NCBI RefSeq assembly: GCF_964204645.1
Contig: NC_134029.1
Coordinates: 11,868,850 to 11,932,849, forward strand
From: Tubulanus polymorphus
Taxonomy: Eukaryota; Animalia; Nemertea
Length of the DNA: 64,000 bases
Direction of reading: 5' to 3'
Under the pieces are notes generated by a model that was given only the letters and a program-made list of their open reading frames with translations, did not search any database and was not told the origin of the DNA. This document shows positions 11,641 through 25,107 of this stretch, piece after piece. Position 1 is the stretch's first letter. Every line of letters starts with the position of its first letter. Made by a program: the position numbers and the translations under genes.

Positions 11641-12640
11641 TAGGACTGACCACAACCCCTATGAGTCCTAATAGTCATCTTCAGGAATAATGAGATACAA
11701 CAAAAATTATGAGATCTATATATACAATCCATAAACAAAGAGACTAATTCAAGCAATCAGAGATGATACAAACTATGGAAAATAAAAGTAGAAACAGTTA
11801 CACGCTAAAATAGATTATAGGGAAGCAAACCAAGGTAATACCAAAGGGTCTACGTTAATTTTCCTTAGTTTGTGCGATCGTTTACGCCCTGGAGGATGTT
11901 CTTCCCTGGTTCATTCGGCTGCGCCCATATCACGCTGCAACGCCAAGTAATGTATATGGGTGTGGGGGAGGGGTCCTAGAAAATTGTGAGAAATTAGTCC
12001 ATTTTCATTCATTAAACACCCAAGAGGCAGAGAAAAATCCAGGCGTAGGGCCTATATTTTTGGATGGTTCCTTAACTATCAAACGATTAATTTGGGAAAA
12101 AAACAACGTTCACCCGAATCCCGGTCTACAAGTAGGCATTTTTGCAAGAAAAAAGGAAAAACTATTTCTTATCCTAGCAACATGTAATTCTACGTATAAA
12201 ATGTGATGCTTACTTTACCACGACACTTTCACATTTTTCAGTGACCTGGCTTTTTCAGTAAAACCAATTTTTGAACTTGCAATTGTACGTTGCGAAAGTT
12301 TCACTGCGCTAGCTCACGTTCATGTCTAAACTTTGTCCAAAATTTGGCGTCTACCAAGCCTGATCATTTTTTTCAAATCTAACATCAAATTTCCAGTTTT
12401 CAATTTCATTGAACTAATGGCATTGTTGGCGCTATTCTACGTATATACCGTGGTCTGACTTCTGGTCAATTTCATTTTAGGATACATTCATTTTCAGAAG
12501 GATGGTGAAATTGTGAGCATACTTTCATTCCTTATTTCAACCAAAAGTGCTCAGAATGCATCTAAACGAATCTAATTACAGAAAAATTTTTAAAAATGAA
12601 GCCAGCACTAGATGCATTTCAGAGGCATCTTGATGCCCTA

Positions 12641-12745
12641 ACCCGCTTGAGTTTGAGATTACGCGCAAAAGGGGTCTGCGCAGCAGTGGGAGTGCAATGC
12701 GCAGTGGGAGACCCCTTTTGCGCGTAATCTCAAACTCAAGCGGGT
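12641..12745. repeat. Perfect 37-bp inverted repeat with a 31-nt spacer
   Basis: acccgcttgagtttgagattacgcgcaaaaggggtct (12641-12677) is the exact reverse complement of 12709-12745. Confidence 0.9.
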
Positions 12746-13452
12746 ACAGATCAGTCCTTAGGAAAGATATTCAAAAAATTTTAAAGCAGGCCTAAACTGC
12801 AAATAACCCCCTTTAACCTCTGTGAAAATTGGAAATATAGCTTCAAGATATACTTAGATATTTCAAAATTAATAAATATCGCGATTTCTTTTACGCGCGG
12901 TTAAGATATGCGGTCCTTGGTTTCATATCGTCACTGTTCTCAATTGTTGCGTTCAAAAAATCCAAGAATCACCAACAAATATCTGCATTTCATTTCCTTC
13001 AAAATGGTGTATAAATTGTTCACCGAGCAAGGGACTGCAGAACTATATGATATTCAATCTAAACTTATGTTTTGAAAATGAGCGCAAATTATCGCTACAA
13101 TGGGGACCTCGAGGGACCGCCACAAAATAGCGCCTAGAAACTGGAAACTTCTTTATTGTTGCGACTTTCTTCCGACTTGACAGATTTTCGTCAAATCTGC
13201 GAAATGGTGTTCTTAGAACTAAAAAGTAAAATATTTTCTTCCAAACCCAGTCAATATTTTTTGGTTTTTCTGTAGTATATGGCTTATATTTTCGCCGGTT
13301 GATGACAATTATTTGATTGGTATAGTCCTATTTCCTAGTATCGTCGGAATACGGAGAAACTGGTGATTTTTACCATAACAAATTGACAATCAATGGAGAA
13401 AAAAGCTAATTTTTGGATTGGAAAAAGTAAATTTATAGCTACCCATACCATT

Positions 13453-13912
13453 GGGTCTGTTAAAAAATTACGAAACGCGTTAGGGGTTAGGGGGTCTAAC
13501 ACATTTACAGCTTGTTACAGGGGGAGGGGGTGTCAGGACATCTGTTACATAACAAAACACATGGACATCTCAGAAGGATGAAATTCTTCATAATACTCTT
13601 TGAACTATAGAATATGCTTTTCTTAAACTTTCTGACAATAACTTATTTACAAAAACACTGAAGAGTCTCTGTGACCAATGAGGGCAACATGAACTTTAAA
13701 CATTTGTTTAAACGATCCTCATCTTCCCATTGAGGTAATCCCTAGGCGCGGGCCTACCCAATGTCCTAATAGACTAAATAATTGGGCCTTTGGGGGGGGG
13801 GGGGGGTATTTCATTTTGTTACGGGTTTGTTACAAGTGCTGTTCAAGGAGGGAGGGGTTGTCTAAATTTCCCCAAAAATGTGTTACGGTACGTAATTTTT
13901 GAACATGATCCC
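13453..13912. mobile_element. MITE related in end structure to 871-1038
   Basis: gggtctgttaaaaaattacg mirrors cgtaatttttgaacatgatccc; att flanks on both sides; G-run-rich interior. Confidence 0.55.
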
Positions 13913-13989
13913 ATTGGTTCGCAATAAATTTCTTAAATAATATGATGGTAACAACAAAATTTTGATTTTACTAATGATATTATAATAAT

Positions 13990-14650
13990 AACCGTTAGAA
14001 CGTTACGGCTTCAGAAATGCATATTAATTGTTGCCAGCGATAATTACCAGGACTCGCGCGTGCGTAGATCATACGGCTGTCTTCGAAGGGTCGTAGTGGT
14101 TCACGTCCAGGCCCGTTCCAGAACGCTTTTTCGATTTTCGTGATGTGGAACTTTTTCTCATAGAAACGGAACTTTTTGTAAAATGGTCGGGTCCCGGGAG
14201 TAACTGCCGCAGAAGATTTTATTAGCATCCACTGGAAGATGGCAATGACCTGAACAAAAACATCCGCGGTGTGGAACGCGGAATAGAACGTGCGCGCGAG
14301 GGAAGTTTGACCTATTTTTGCCGCAAGTTTTACTTCTATGGTTTTAATACTCTTGACGACGCAGTGTTGACGCGCGCCGGCTCTGCCTGTGGTGTGTGTA
14401 TGTGTGGGTCATATGACGTAGAATACCTCGACCAATAGAGCGTTGAGCATAGAGTAAGTGTAGTACGAGATGAATAGTGTGGGTTAGTATCGTAAGAGAT
14501 TTCCGCGCGTAGTAGTGCAGAGACTATATAGCGACTTGGAGAGAGCGGATATCTCGAGAAGAAGCTTAAATATTTCGGATATAAATTAAACATGGATAGA
14601 CGAAGATGTTGTCGGGTTTACTTCAGAACATGATTTGGTGTCGTATGTAA
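13990..14650 (+). promoter_or_regulatory. CpG-rich promoter and probable non-coding first exon of the semaphorin gene
   Basis: Strongly CpG-enriched non-repeat stretch (cgcgcg tracts) ending in tandem GTAAGT donors at 14647 and 14651. The first coding exon at 39715 begins with an acceptor and has an in-frame stop before its ATG, so an upstream UTR exon is required. Linking the two is inference. Confidence 0.55.
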
Positions 14651-17600
14651 GTAAGTGTGAAGAATTAAGATTGTTAAAACTTAAGTTAACAACGGCACGG
14701 AAGGACATAGGCCTCTAGTCTATACTACAGTAAACATTGACAACTGGGGGAAATTGTTGTTATCCTAAACTAGGGTACAAAAGTACGGTTTAGTGTAGGT
14801 ACCGCGCGCACTCGTCTGAGGTGTCGGGTTGCGTCGACCAAAATGAAGTTAGAACTTTGCGCGTTTTTATTTACTTGCTAGTACGATGATATGCCTACAT
14901 ATAGGCCTAGACTGGAGCAGAGTGGTCCGGTCTACCGTTAGGCCCTAACTAAATCTTAGTAAGTCCATGTATTTTTGTCTGGGATCGATTTTTTGGGAGA
15001 TTTCGTTTAATCTTCGAAACACACCCCAAATTGCTTTTAATACATTCAATGTTCAAAACTATGCACTCAATAAACCTTCGTTTTTATGTCCATTTTGCAA
15101 TGTTTTAAAGGATTGCCAAAAAGTCTTCATTTTCTCATTAGGGAAAAGGTCAGCCATTTTTTAAATTTTAACACATGTTTCCTTTTCACCAAGAACCTCT
15201 GATGTACCACAGACATTAAGACAGGAACGACATTTTCTCAATACTTTTAAATCACTGTGACTTTAAACCACCAGAAATCCAGTTTCACTTAGGCCTAACC
15301 GATAGTGAAAAATTACAAACCTCACACATTCAGGTTTTTTATCAGGCCAATATTCATTCAGAGGTTCCTACATCATAGTCCGTACTTGATGGGATATACA
15401 AAACAGAAATAGTAAAAATGACACAATTTTTTAACTTTGAAACTAGACATTGTAGCACTGTAGTTCGTTAGCAAAAAGACACCTTGAGCGATGTGTGTCT
15501 CATCGCTAAACTGGGCATCGTTTTTGCAGCTTAAATGTAATCATACTAAAATCAGATTTTTCATCAAAATGATATAGCCTAATGAACAAATATAAGACAT
15601 TATAAGTTTAGTGTTGATAGTTTATTTATTAAAATCGGTATGAGATATCGCAGTTTGAACACAGAAAAAAATGCTAACCGAGCTCTGGTCGGCTAAAGTC
15701 ACGCAGATTTGAGTGTACGTGTCTGGGTTGCTGGTTACACTGGACGATCTCTGGAGGCAATCACTGCCAGGGCTCGGTGAAATGTTTCGATGCCTACAAA
15801 CAATGATTTTATAAGATTTGAAGATAATTTCTTATGGTAGGCATGGAAACATATTGCTAGAATTGATATAGAAAATTGAGTCTTTTTTTGTGATTCAAAT
15901 GAGTTAGAGGACTTTTTGCCTATTGGGCCTAGGCCCTAGGCCTAATACAAATTTAAGGCAGCATGTGTTAGGTACTAAAAATTGATCCCCGACAAAAAGT
16001 TGGAATTTAGATGTATATTTTCAGATACGTAGGTTTAACCCTTGCCCTTGGGCTACTCAGAGCCTAAGGCCGACCATTTTGACAGTCTGCCCTAGTATTT
16101 CCCTATTAGGTTTGGACCCTTTTTTAGCCCACGCCGCGGGCATAGTTTTAGTCCATTGATGATTATGAAGGGCTGGCAAATGAACAAATTAGGCTAGGCA
16201 AGTCTCTCAGAATTGAAATCACATTAGGTTTAGATTTGCCTCTGGGTTTCCAGCCAAATCCAGGCCTTAGGTAGGTACTCGGACTTGGGGGTTCCAGCCT
16301 ACCGCTGCTACTGCTTGAGCGGTACTCACGTTTGTAAAAGTGCCCTTCCCTTTTTCAAGTTTGGGTAGGCCTACAAGTAATTAAAATGGTCAACTCGAAT
16401 AATCAAAAATGATAAACTTCTTATTTCCTTTATGAATAATATTTCGTCAAAATTTTGTTGATGGATACTAGATGATGGCCCAAACAGATTGCACCTAGGA
16501 GCCCTAGAAATTAAGAATTTTCTATAAATGTACGATAGGCCTACAGGCTAGATGTCCATCCACAGCTGAGCAGCACCCAGAAGCCTAGGCTAGATCCAAC
16601 CTTGGTGCTGTATGTTGTACCGGTATTACAGGATTGTTTTGGCAATGTAGTTAAGATGGTGAATTTTCCAAAAATTGTCTGCCTACCTGCTGAAATGGAG
16701 ATATCCTTGAATTGATGTTTTATTTGGGTAATGTTAATCAGTGAGCTGTTAGCCATAAAATGATATTCCTGTCAGACCTGATATGCTTAACTGTTGACTA
16801 TCCCTGCGGCAAAGACTTGTCGTTTATTACTACAGTTCATGCAAGCTCTCTCGCAGTCAATCTCTGATTCCTGTCTTCTTATGATATTGAATCATCTAGG
16901 CAAGAATTTCCAGGCGATTGAATCAAAATCTTCACGAAGCTGTATTTGTTTGAAGGGAGGCAATGTCCCATTTCCTTCATAAAAGAGCCGAAATTTAATG
17001 CAATAAACTCTGCCACTTCTGTAAATATATGACTCTCCTCTTTCCAATTTGCACTCGCTGACTCAACTTCTCAATCGCTTTCTATGTGTACATTAGGGCT
17101 ACTTGTAATAATCTTTGATTGAGTTACTTTTTGAGTGAATGATCATCTGAACGTCGAAGTAGGGTATTGAAAAATATTAATTAGGTATCAAATATCTTGA
17201 CATTTCTAGAGTAGCTGTTTGCATTGATATAGCCTATGACACTTTATGTTTAGTTTATTCTAAATGAAGAAATTTTGAGTACTGTACCTGTAGGCCTATG
17301 GAAATGAGGCTATATTTCTGCTATTGAGTAAGAAATAGGTCTGGCTTCAAGCCATAGGCTAGCCGATCAATAAGAGCCTTGATATTTTTTGACAATTTTA
17401 AGGCAGTTTGAAATTGATGGTTAGTATACAATGTCAGTAGGCCATTATAGTTGAATTTTTCTGTAGGCTATTTCATGATTTGCTGATAGGGCTTATTATA
17501 AGTTTTTACAAGCTATACCACTTGTACAAATGGACATTTTTTACATTTGGTGAACTGATCCATAAGAGTATCCAATCGATTTGATGACATGCCTCTAGTG

Positions 17601-20600
17601 ATTCAAGCATGAAAATCATTGCTGTATGTTTTAGCAAACGCCAGCATCGAATCCCTTGTCGAATTTATGTTGCTTTGTCAGGTGTGTTGATGACATTGCA
17701 CGCAGAGATAATCGAATCATTCCTAACTCAAGACACTGGTTTCATGTACGGCGCCGATTTCATATCAAGTCGTATCAGTTGACCATTCTTGACCCAGCAT
17801 CATTGTCTTGCATGACAGTGTAAAAAAAGTGAATCATTGATAGGTGGATTGCCTGGTAAAGTGGTGATCAGCTTTTTTGAATTCAATAGAAGCTGTCGAT
17901 TATGTCGGTTCAGTGGTTTCTGTCTTGTCACTTGCAGCTTGTAACTGGATAAAAAGCTGATCATCATCTTTTGTATGAGTGTCCTGTATTGCTTATTGAA
18001 AACAATTGATACGCCACGAGAGGTTCCCCGAAACTGTCATTGATAGGCTAGGGCTCATTGATTTTGACCTAATGCGTATCGCATTCAGATAAATGGTATG
18101 AATTTTTGGTTCATTCAAATATCGTTTGCCGATATGGGTGATAGATGAGTTTGGGTCGAATGACAAAATGCGGAGATGCTTTCATCGAATATTTTGACTG
18201 ATGAGTCGCAGTAAATTATAGTGATAACAATTTAGGCCATGTTGCTCTGAAATCTAAGCATCTTCGCTTTTAGTGGATTCTTCGATTTCCATGAGAAATG
18301 TGCATGAGGCGAATAAATATCCGATATTCACCCCTGAACCAGTTCACTTCTTCAAATCACAAAATTTTTCAACAAAGTTTGTTTGGCACTGTGCACCATA
18401 GTAACTGTGCGTGTCACTGTTTTTTTGTGTTGCCAAAGTAGACTGTTTTGTATGCTATTGAAAGCCATTGAAAGTTGATCGGCAGTAATTTTGATATAGC
18501 CTATTATTATGCCTTGAATGGACTCTATACTTTTCAATTGGGTTGAATAGTAAACTAGATGTATTCAACCCATTTAATTTTATTATCTACGTTGGATTTG
18601 TGCCAATGTAGTGACATTTCATAGTACTCCAACTTAAGCTGCGCAACTTGTCTTCTCTTGTCTTGTCTTCAATTTCTCTTTTCAAATAGCTCAACAGTAC
18701 AATAGTGAAATGCTTAGTTGTAGTATTAGCCTTGTTTATCTGGGCCTACAAGTTAAATTAAATCTGGATTGTTGAAAATTGAACAATGTATTTTGTGCCT
18801 TTTTGGTGTGTAGTTGGAATTCTAGAAATAATTCCCTAGCCCTAGCCCTAGCCCTGAACACTTAACAGATGGTGTTTTTTTAATGTTTGCCTGTAGGCCT
18901 ATTGGACATTGGATGATCTGGGTCAATCACTGCGTTTACCATTGTGTTGAATTTTGAGTTTGAAGGCGGAAGTATTATGGCCGGATAACTCCACACCTGT
19001 AGGTGTAATCTGAAAATTGAATGACATGTTTTTCAAAAAATTCTGCTAAATCTTTAGACATCATTAGGCCTAGATGGTATAAGTGTCGTGATTGGAGAGT
19101 GGATTTTTTTATTTATTAATAGAATCCGGTTCAGTAAATCTGCAGGAGAAAACAGTAAAAGAAGAGGATAATCAATTTTGATAAAAAAACACATCGCTAA
19201 GCCAACATAGTCGCCATCACCTGCCAGCATTCAATATTGTAGTTTGACAAAATCATTAAAGCCTACTTTACATTTCCTCATTCATCATAGTTTAGTCACG
19301 GAAGCTTACATTTTGCACGCCATTTAGATGCAAAAATTAGGATACATTGGCTCGCGTGTTGCGACTATTCTGGTTTTATACTTTGTCTTTCATTTAAGTC
19401 AATTTGAATAAACGACTGAAATGAAAATTACTCCCAGCGATCAATCTCAGTAATGAATTGTCATTCGTCATGCGAGGTGATACTGCTTTTGCTGGTGAAT
19501 GAGCTGTGGCAAGCCCATTTAATCTGGATCATTTGGGACAATGAAATTCTTCCGGTGTTTAAGTTCAAACTTAACTTAAACTGAGAAATCTTTATTAAAC
19601 ATTTTCTTATACATGTATAGGTGGACCATATATGATATCTGGAATAGATCAAAATCTTGATTTAACTGATCCAGAGTAAGTGGGCTTGACTGTTTTCATT
19701 TCTAGTGCATATAGGGCCTATGGCAAGCTTAACATAAGAGCTATATCTAATTTGAATGTAATGCTAATTTTGATCATTAATTCTTACAGTATCAAAATAA
19801 CTTCCATGGGCATGCAGTCAAGTGGATTATTGATACTAAAGTAGTATTGTAAATTTTCTCATTACTTTCAATTGCAATAGCAGTTTAAGATCAAAATATT
19901 CCGACAAATCTAAACCTGCTAAGCATTGGGTCCCTCCCCAGGTTATTCTTATAGAACTCCCTATATGATCAGTCACAGTTTTTCAAGCTTCTTAGCAGAT
20001 TCTAGAATTCATTCGGATATAAGATAAACGATTAGGTAAAGAATCACAACATATCGCCTGTTTGACATGAACAGTTGACTAGTTTATGGTTGACCAAGAA
20101 TTTGTCGGTCTCAATTGGTCATCAGGAAGTATCAGTGTTCAGGAAGGGATCATCAGCTGAGCATCACATATTCTTGTCTGGCATCAGGGATATATCTTAT
20201 GGCTAAAGCAGCACATGTGGCTTTTCCTCTCGTGATTAACCAGCTCTGCTAAATTGGGCCATATTACGGCTTTATTCACATGTGTTTCTGTATTGATTTT
20301 GTTGGTGAAGAAAATCATCTTTCTCGTATTTTCACGCTAGTGTAACTACGCGACAAACTCTGCAAATGTCGCGCATTATCCACAGTGCGCTGTTGAAAAT
20401 ATCTCGAATTGTTGTTTACTGATTATTTCATTTACTTGTTTTGGAATGAGAGATAGAAAGGGAATGACGTCAGCCACCACCATGTAAAGTATCATCATCA
20501 TATTCATTCATATTCGGCCTTAAAAGATTGACAGGATTATTCTTACCATTCTTCATTCATGTGTAAGAAATGGAAAATGAATCTGATTTTGATGTTGAAG

Positions 20601-21109
20601 TGTTTGATTCCAAAATTTATTCCATAATTCATGAAGAAGGTTCCACTCATGCCTTATTCAAATGATGATAATGTAGTCTGCCTGAGTGAATCCATCAGAG
20701 AAAATATAATAGACTGCATTAACACTATGTTATTTATTATGCTCACATTTAGTCCATTCCAATTTAGAATGGACCATGCATTTACGCTTATGAAGTCTGC
20801 TCTGAAGTGGATCATTCTATTTTAGAATCCAGGTCCGCTCTCTCTGTATTAACAGAAACATTTCTGTCAATCACAGCGTTGCCTTAAGTTAAAACCCACA
20901 ACATGATATTAAAATGTTAATTTCTGATAATATCTAAACTTCAACATCAGGGAAATCGAAATGATATATTAAGTTGATATCATTTTAGTTTCTCTGATGA
21001 TGAGTTAATATAAACTACGAAATTGTCAGACAATAATGCCTGTTGGTTTTTTGACGCCTTATAAAACGTTACCATTATGAAACTTAAACAATGTTAACCA
21101 TTCAGCGTC

Positions 21110-21590
21110 ATTTTACAAACGACAACCGTAAATCGATGTGCAAAACGTCACAGGTTTATGTGTACACATACAAGCTATTTGGCAAAATATTATTGATAAA
21201 GATGTAGAATGGCTCCCTGTGATTATATAATTACCTCTATTTGAACGTCGAAATGTTATATTGCATTGAATATCATGATAAGAGGTATTGTAATAGTAAA
21301 GGATGTATGATTATATCAGGAGCGGCAGGCATAAATAGAAATGATAAGTAAATCGGATTATTCGGTTAAATGGCGGATGTATACACGATTTGGAAGTCTG
21401 ATATAAAAGTCAGACCCTGACATGGGGATGCTAGTGGAATGACGAAGCTATCTACGATCTGAGTAGGGCCGGCGTGAATTTCATCGGCAGCTACAAGCGG
21501 TCTATATAAAAACGTGTAAACAAATAATTTCAATATTCAAATGTTTTAGAAAATATGTTCGATATTAGGGGTATGCAGGTTTCATGAGAT
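21110..21590 (+). repeat. Dispersed repeat; inverted copy at ~57300-57772
   Basis: tgtgcaaaacgtcacaggtttatgtgtacac...tttggcaaaatattat...aatagaaatgataagtaaat matches the reverse complement of 57540-57745. Confidence 0.75.
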
Positions 21591-21949
21591 TAGCAATCTA
21601 TAATAGCATAGCTGTCATATACGGCTCCACTGATGGCATGTGTATAAGGTGACAATTCAATTCACTACTTTATTGATCCTTATTACATTGAAATTCCGGG
21701 ATGAAATTCCCAAATTCAATAAAGTTACAAATTTTAGAATAAGAAAATACAAAATACAAGACACATGGGTAATTCAAACAGAATAACATGAATAAGTTAT
21801 TTAAATGACGATGTCAACCCAGACTCAAGTCTAGGATAATCGAGTGACAGCCAAACCGGGCCCCGGGACCGGGCCGGCTGGCTACACGATATGCTCGAAG
21901 TCATGATGAAGCAGACATCAGAAGAGCTCTTTCTTCAACCATGGAGGCA

Positions 21950-22130
21950 ATGAAGTTGCAGACCAGCTTAGAGCAAAAGTGAATCGAAGTCGGTCACAAG
22001 TTGACAATTTTTTTTTAATTAGACCAGTCGAAGACTGTATCATCGCCAAATCTCATAATTCCCCAAATTTCTTAAAACTTCGATTTCAAATTTGCAATTC
22101 CACATTAGCTTATCCCAGAAATTCTACATT
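21950..22130 (+). repeat. Dispersed repeat; inverted copy at ~56175-56380
   Basis: ccaaatctcataattccccaaatttcttaaaactt and gcagaccagct..gcaaaagtgaat are matched on the opposite strand at 56180-56379. Confidence 0.7.
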
Positions 22131-23769
22131 TTTTCGCAGGTGTCAAATAATTTATTAAAGTTAATTTTCTTAGAGCTACTTGTTAACTCTCAATACTGAG
22201 ATTACTATGTCTTCCAGTCCCAGTGTTATGTTTTAAGCTGGTCTCAGATAAATCTGGCAACACGACTCAACTATCAGCGAGTATCATAGCTTTGCCGTAG
22301 ATCGAATTTAGCCCAAATTGCATGGAATAAAGAAAACAAAAGTTGCTTGAATAGATTTTGTTTTGACAGAAATCGGTCTAGAAGTTGTTGACGTCAGTAT
22401 TTTTTTTTCAAATTTTCAATGAGGAAATATCTGAGTTCCCCCAATCAACAAATTTATTCCAAGAAATTATGATAGGCTACAATTAATTCGCTAGAAACTG
22501 TGATTAGCTAAAATTAATGAGGGAGTAAACAACTCATTGTGTAAACGCCCAAAGCTGCTGCGTCGTCATAGAAGTAGAACATATTCAAGATATAGTGATA
22601 TTATGAGAAACATTCCCAAATAAGATAATTTCATTGATTACAAATTACATTTAGTAGCTAAGTAGTCCATTAGAACTGTGTAGTCAGCCAACCTTAAAAA
22701 ACTATCCTAAAATTCGACGATCACGGCATTTTTTGTTACAGCTTGGCATCCGAGCTCATTTGATAGCAGAGTATGTGGGCTATCATGTGTGGTGGATGCC
22801 TTTTATAATTTTTTCATTTTTTGGCCTACAGGGGGCGTTAAAGTCAGACATTTTGAAATTAAAACATCTTCATTTTCATTCGTCAAGGAAATACACTTTA
22901 AACTACTTTTGCTAAATAATTCGAATATCTCATCTTAGGTTTGGAGTAATTTTACAATCTAAACCTTTTCTGAGTTGGGGGATTGCAGCGCATATAGCGC
23001 AACGTTAATTTTATGCATACATTCATTTGTTACCTAGTTAAAGCAGCAACAATCGTGTAATATTCACTTGAAAATAGCAATTTCATATAAAATATTCATT
23101 TTAAAGGTTATTAGCTCAAATAGTGATGTTGTTAATGTTTTTTGTTGATTATTTTGATATTTCTTTAAACTTACTTATAACTCGTATGTACTTGGTCAAT
23201 ATCGATATTAACTGTTTATTGGTTTCTATGGTAACAGCAATTCAAATCTGCGTTCTTCATCCGTCAGGTAGCGGTATTTTGGGCGTTGGGTCTTTCGTGA
23301 CATTCCAAATGTTCTCAAACTTGCCTAAAGTCTTCGGCCATGTATTGGGCCGCTTATTACTACGTCTTGCTAACAATTGAATTGCAACAATGGTAACCAT
23401 TGTTGCAATTGCAGAAAAATCGCGTAATTTGTCCACATTCTTGACGTAACCAATGGATTAATTGAGGATGTGTTTATCTAAAACCATATCTAATCTTTTT
23501 TCTTTAAAATTTTAAAATCATTCCATATTCGTTCACGAGTAAATTATAACTAAACGTTGTCACCATGGTAACCATACATTATATGCGTTTGTTTGAAAAA
23601 ATTCTTTTTTTCCCATAAGATTTTCTCCCATATCTTTTGAACCCCTTCACCGAATTTGTCGAATGAAAGCTCATTTTTAAGGCAATTCCTTGAATTTTCC
23701 TTACTTCTAGGGGATGATACTAGTTAACCTTTAGTAAAACTAATATTCCCTTAACTGCAATTTACTTTT

Positions 23770-24266
23770 TAGCCCACTTGGGACTTTAGTCCCAGCGGGC
23801 TATTGCGTTCACTTTTCGTGACTACTTTTCAGCCCAAAAACTGGCCCTGTAAGAATCAAGATGGCCGACTGTCAGCCATTGTTGTTCGCTAAAATCAACA
23901 CTTTTTACACATTTTTGAACTTTTTGAGGGAAATTTTGAAGACGCTTTGATGACGCTTTGATCAATTACCTTGATCTTTCGGATGTATGTGAATACCCCC
24001 CAGGGCCCATCAGCATAACAAAAATTGGGTCGATCGGACTCAAGATGACCGTCCTATGACCTTTTTAGTGCCCAAAAATGTCAATTTTGGCATTTCTCAT
24101 TGCAATTTGTGGTGGGTATTCATTGAAAAGGGATGTTTTATACCTGAGACAGGTATTTTTGATCAGCCAATTATGATGCAATTGGCGGCCATTTTGGTGT
24201 CATCACTACTCATTCGTAGGTGGGAAAAAGTTTTTCCACATTATATTGATACCTAAGCGTATTTTG
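23770..24266 (+). mobile_element. HINE-like family A copy, 3'-truncated
   Basis: Begins tttt|tagcccacttgggactttagtcccagcgggcta and is colinear with 60541-61160, with deletions. Confidence 0.85.
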
Positions 24267-24314
24267 TGGATGGGCCTGGAAACAGTTCTCACAATGTGAT
24301 TGAATGTTAGGTTA

Positions 24315-25107
24315 AGGCTGGCTTATGTCGACAAGCATTGCGATGCCTACCGACTCCTACCGACTCCTACCGACGCAACTGCGATCGTAGCCCAGCTTAT
24401 GTCGACTGCGCTCCGATTCGCAGCAACTGAGGCCGACTAGCAGGATACGAGATCCTCCCAGTTGCTTCCCTGCGTATGTCGGTTACGATTACTGGCAAAT
24501 GCAACAGCTCAAATGGTCACGTGATAAATACTTTGGGAATGAATTTGAATTGTTTTGAATTAGGCCTATTGGGAATTATATTTCTATTAGAAAAGCTATT
24601 TCTCTAAGATCTTTGTCATTCTGATTCTGTTTTGAATACAATGTGCTAGCGACATCATATAAAGATGGCTGCTCACACCATAATTCTACCAATTTCGTTT
24701 CTAGATCTTCGGTCCAGTCATCTGCCGCGCTTTGAACTACTTGAATTTCAAAGCCTATGACTAATTACGAATGACGCTAACTAGCGGTCATAATTTGTAC
24801 TATGTATATGCGGTCTCTTATTGGCAGGAACCCCTGCACTCAGTTCTGTTGCCGTCGCAGATGAACTGATGTCGGTTGCGATCGAAAGCAACTGTCCGCC
24901 TACCGTAGGCTGGAGTAGAACATGGGCAACTAGCCGGATACGGCTTGCGATGAGTCAGTAGGCGTCGGGTTGCCGTCGCAAGCCGGCTTATGTAGAATCG
25001 ATAGAGCAGCAACTGGCAGCCTCTTGTAGGCCGCTATTTGCCGCTTATCAGTGATAAACCTAGTTGCGTTGGTAGGAGTCGCGTTGCTTGTCGACATAAG
25101 CCAGTCT
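24315..25107 (-). mobile_element. Non-autonomous PIF/Harbinger element (family H1) with a MADF/Myb-SANT remnant
   Basis: TIR aggctggcttatgtcgacaagca with TTA TSD on both sides. The - strand at ~24726-24595 reads ADDWTEDLETKLVELWCEQPSLYDVASTLYSKQNQNDKDLREIA. Confidence 0.85.
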
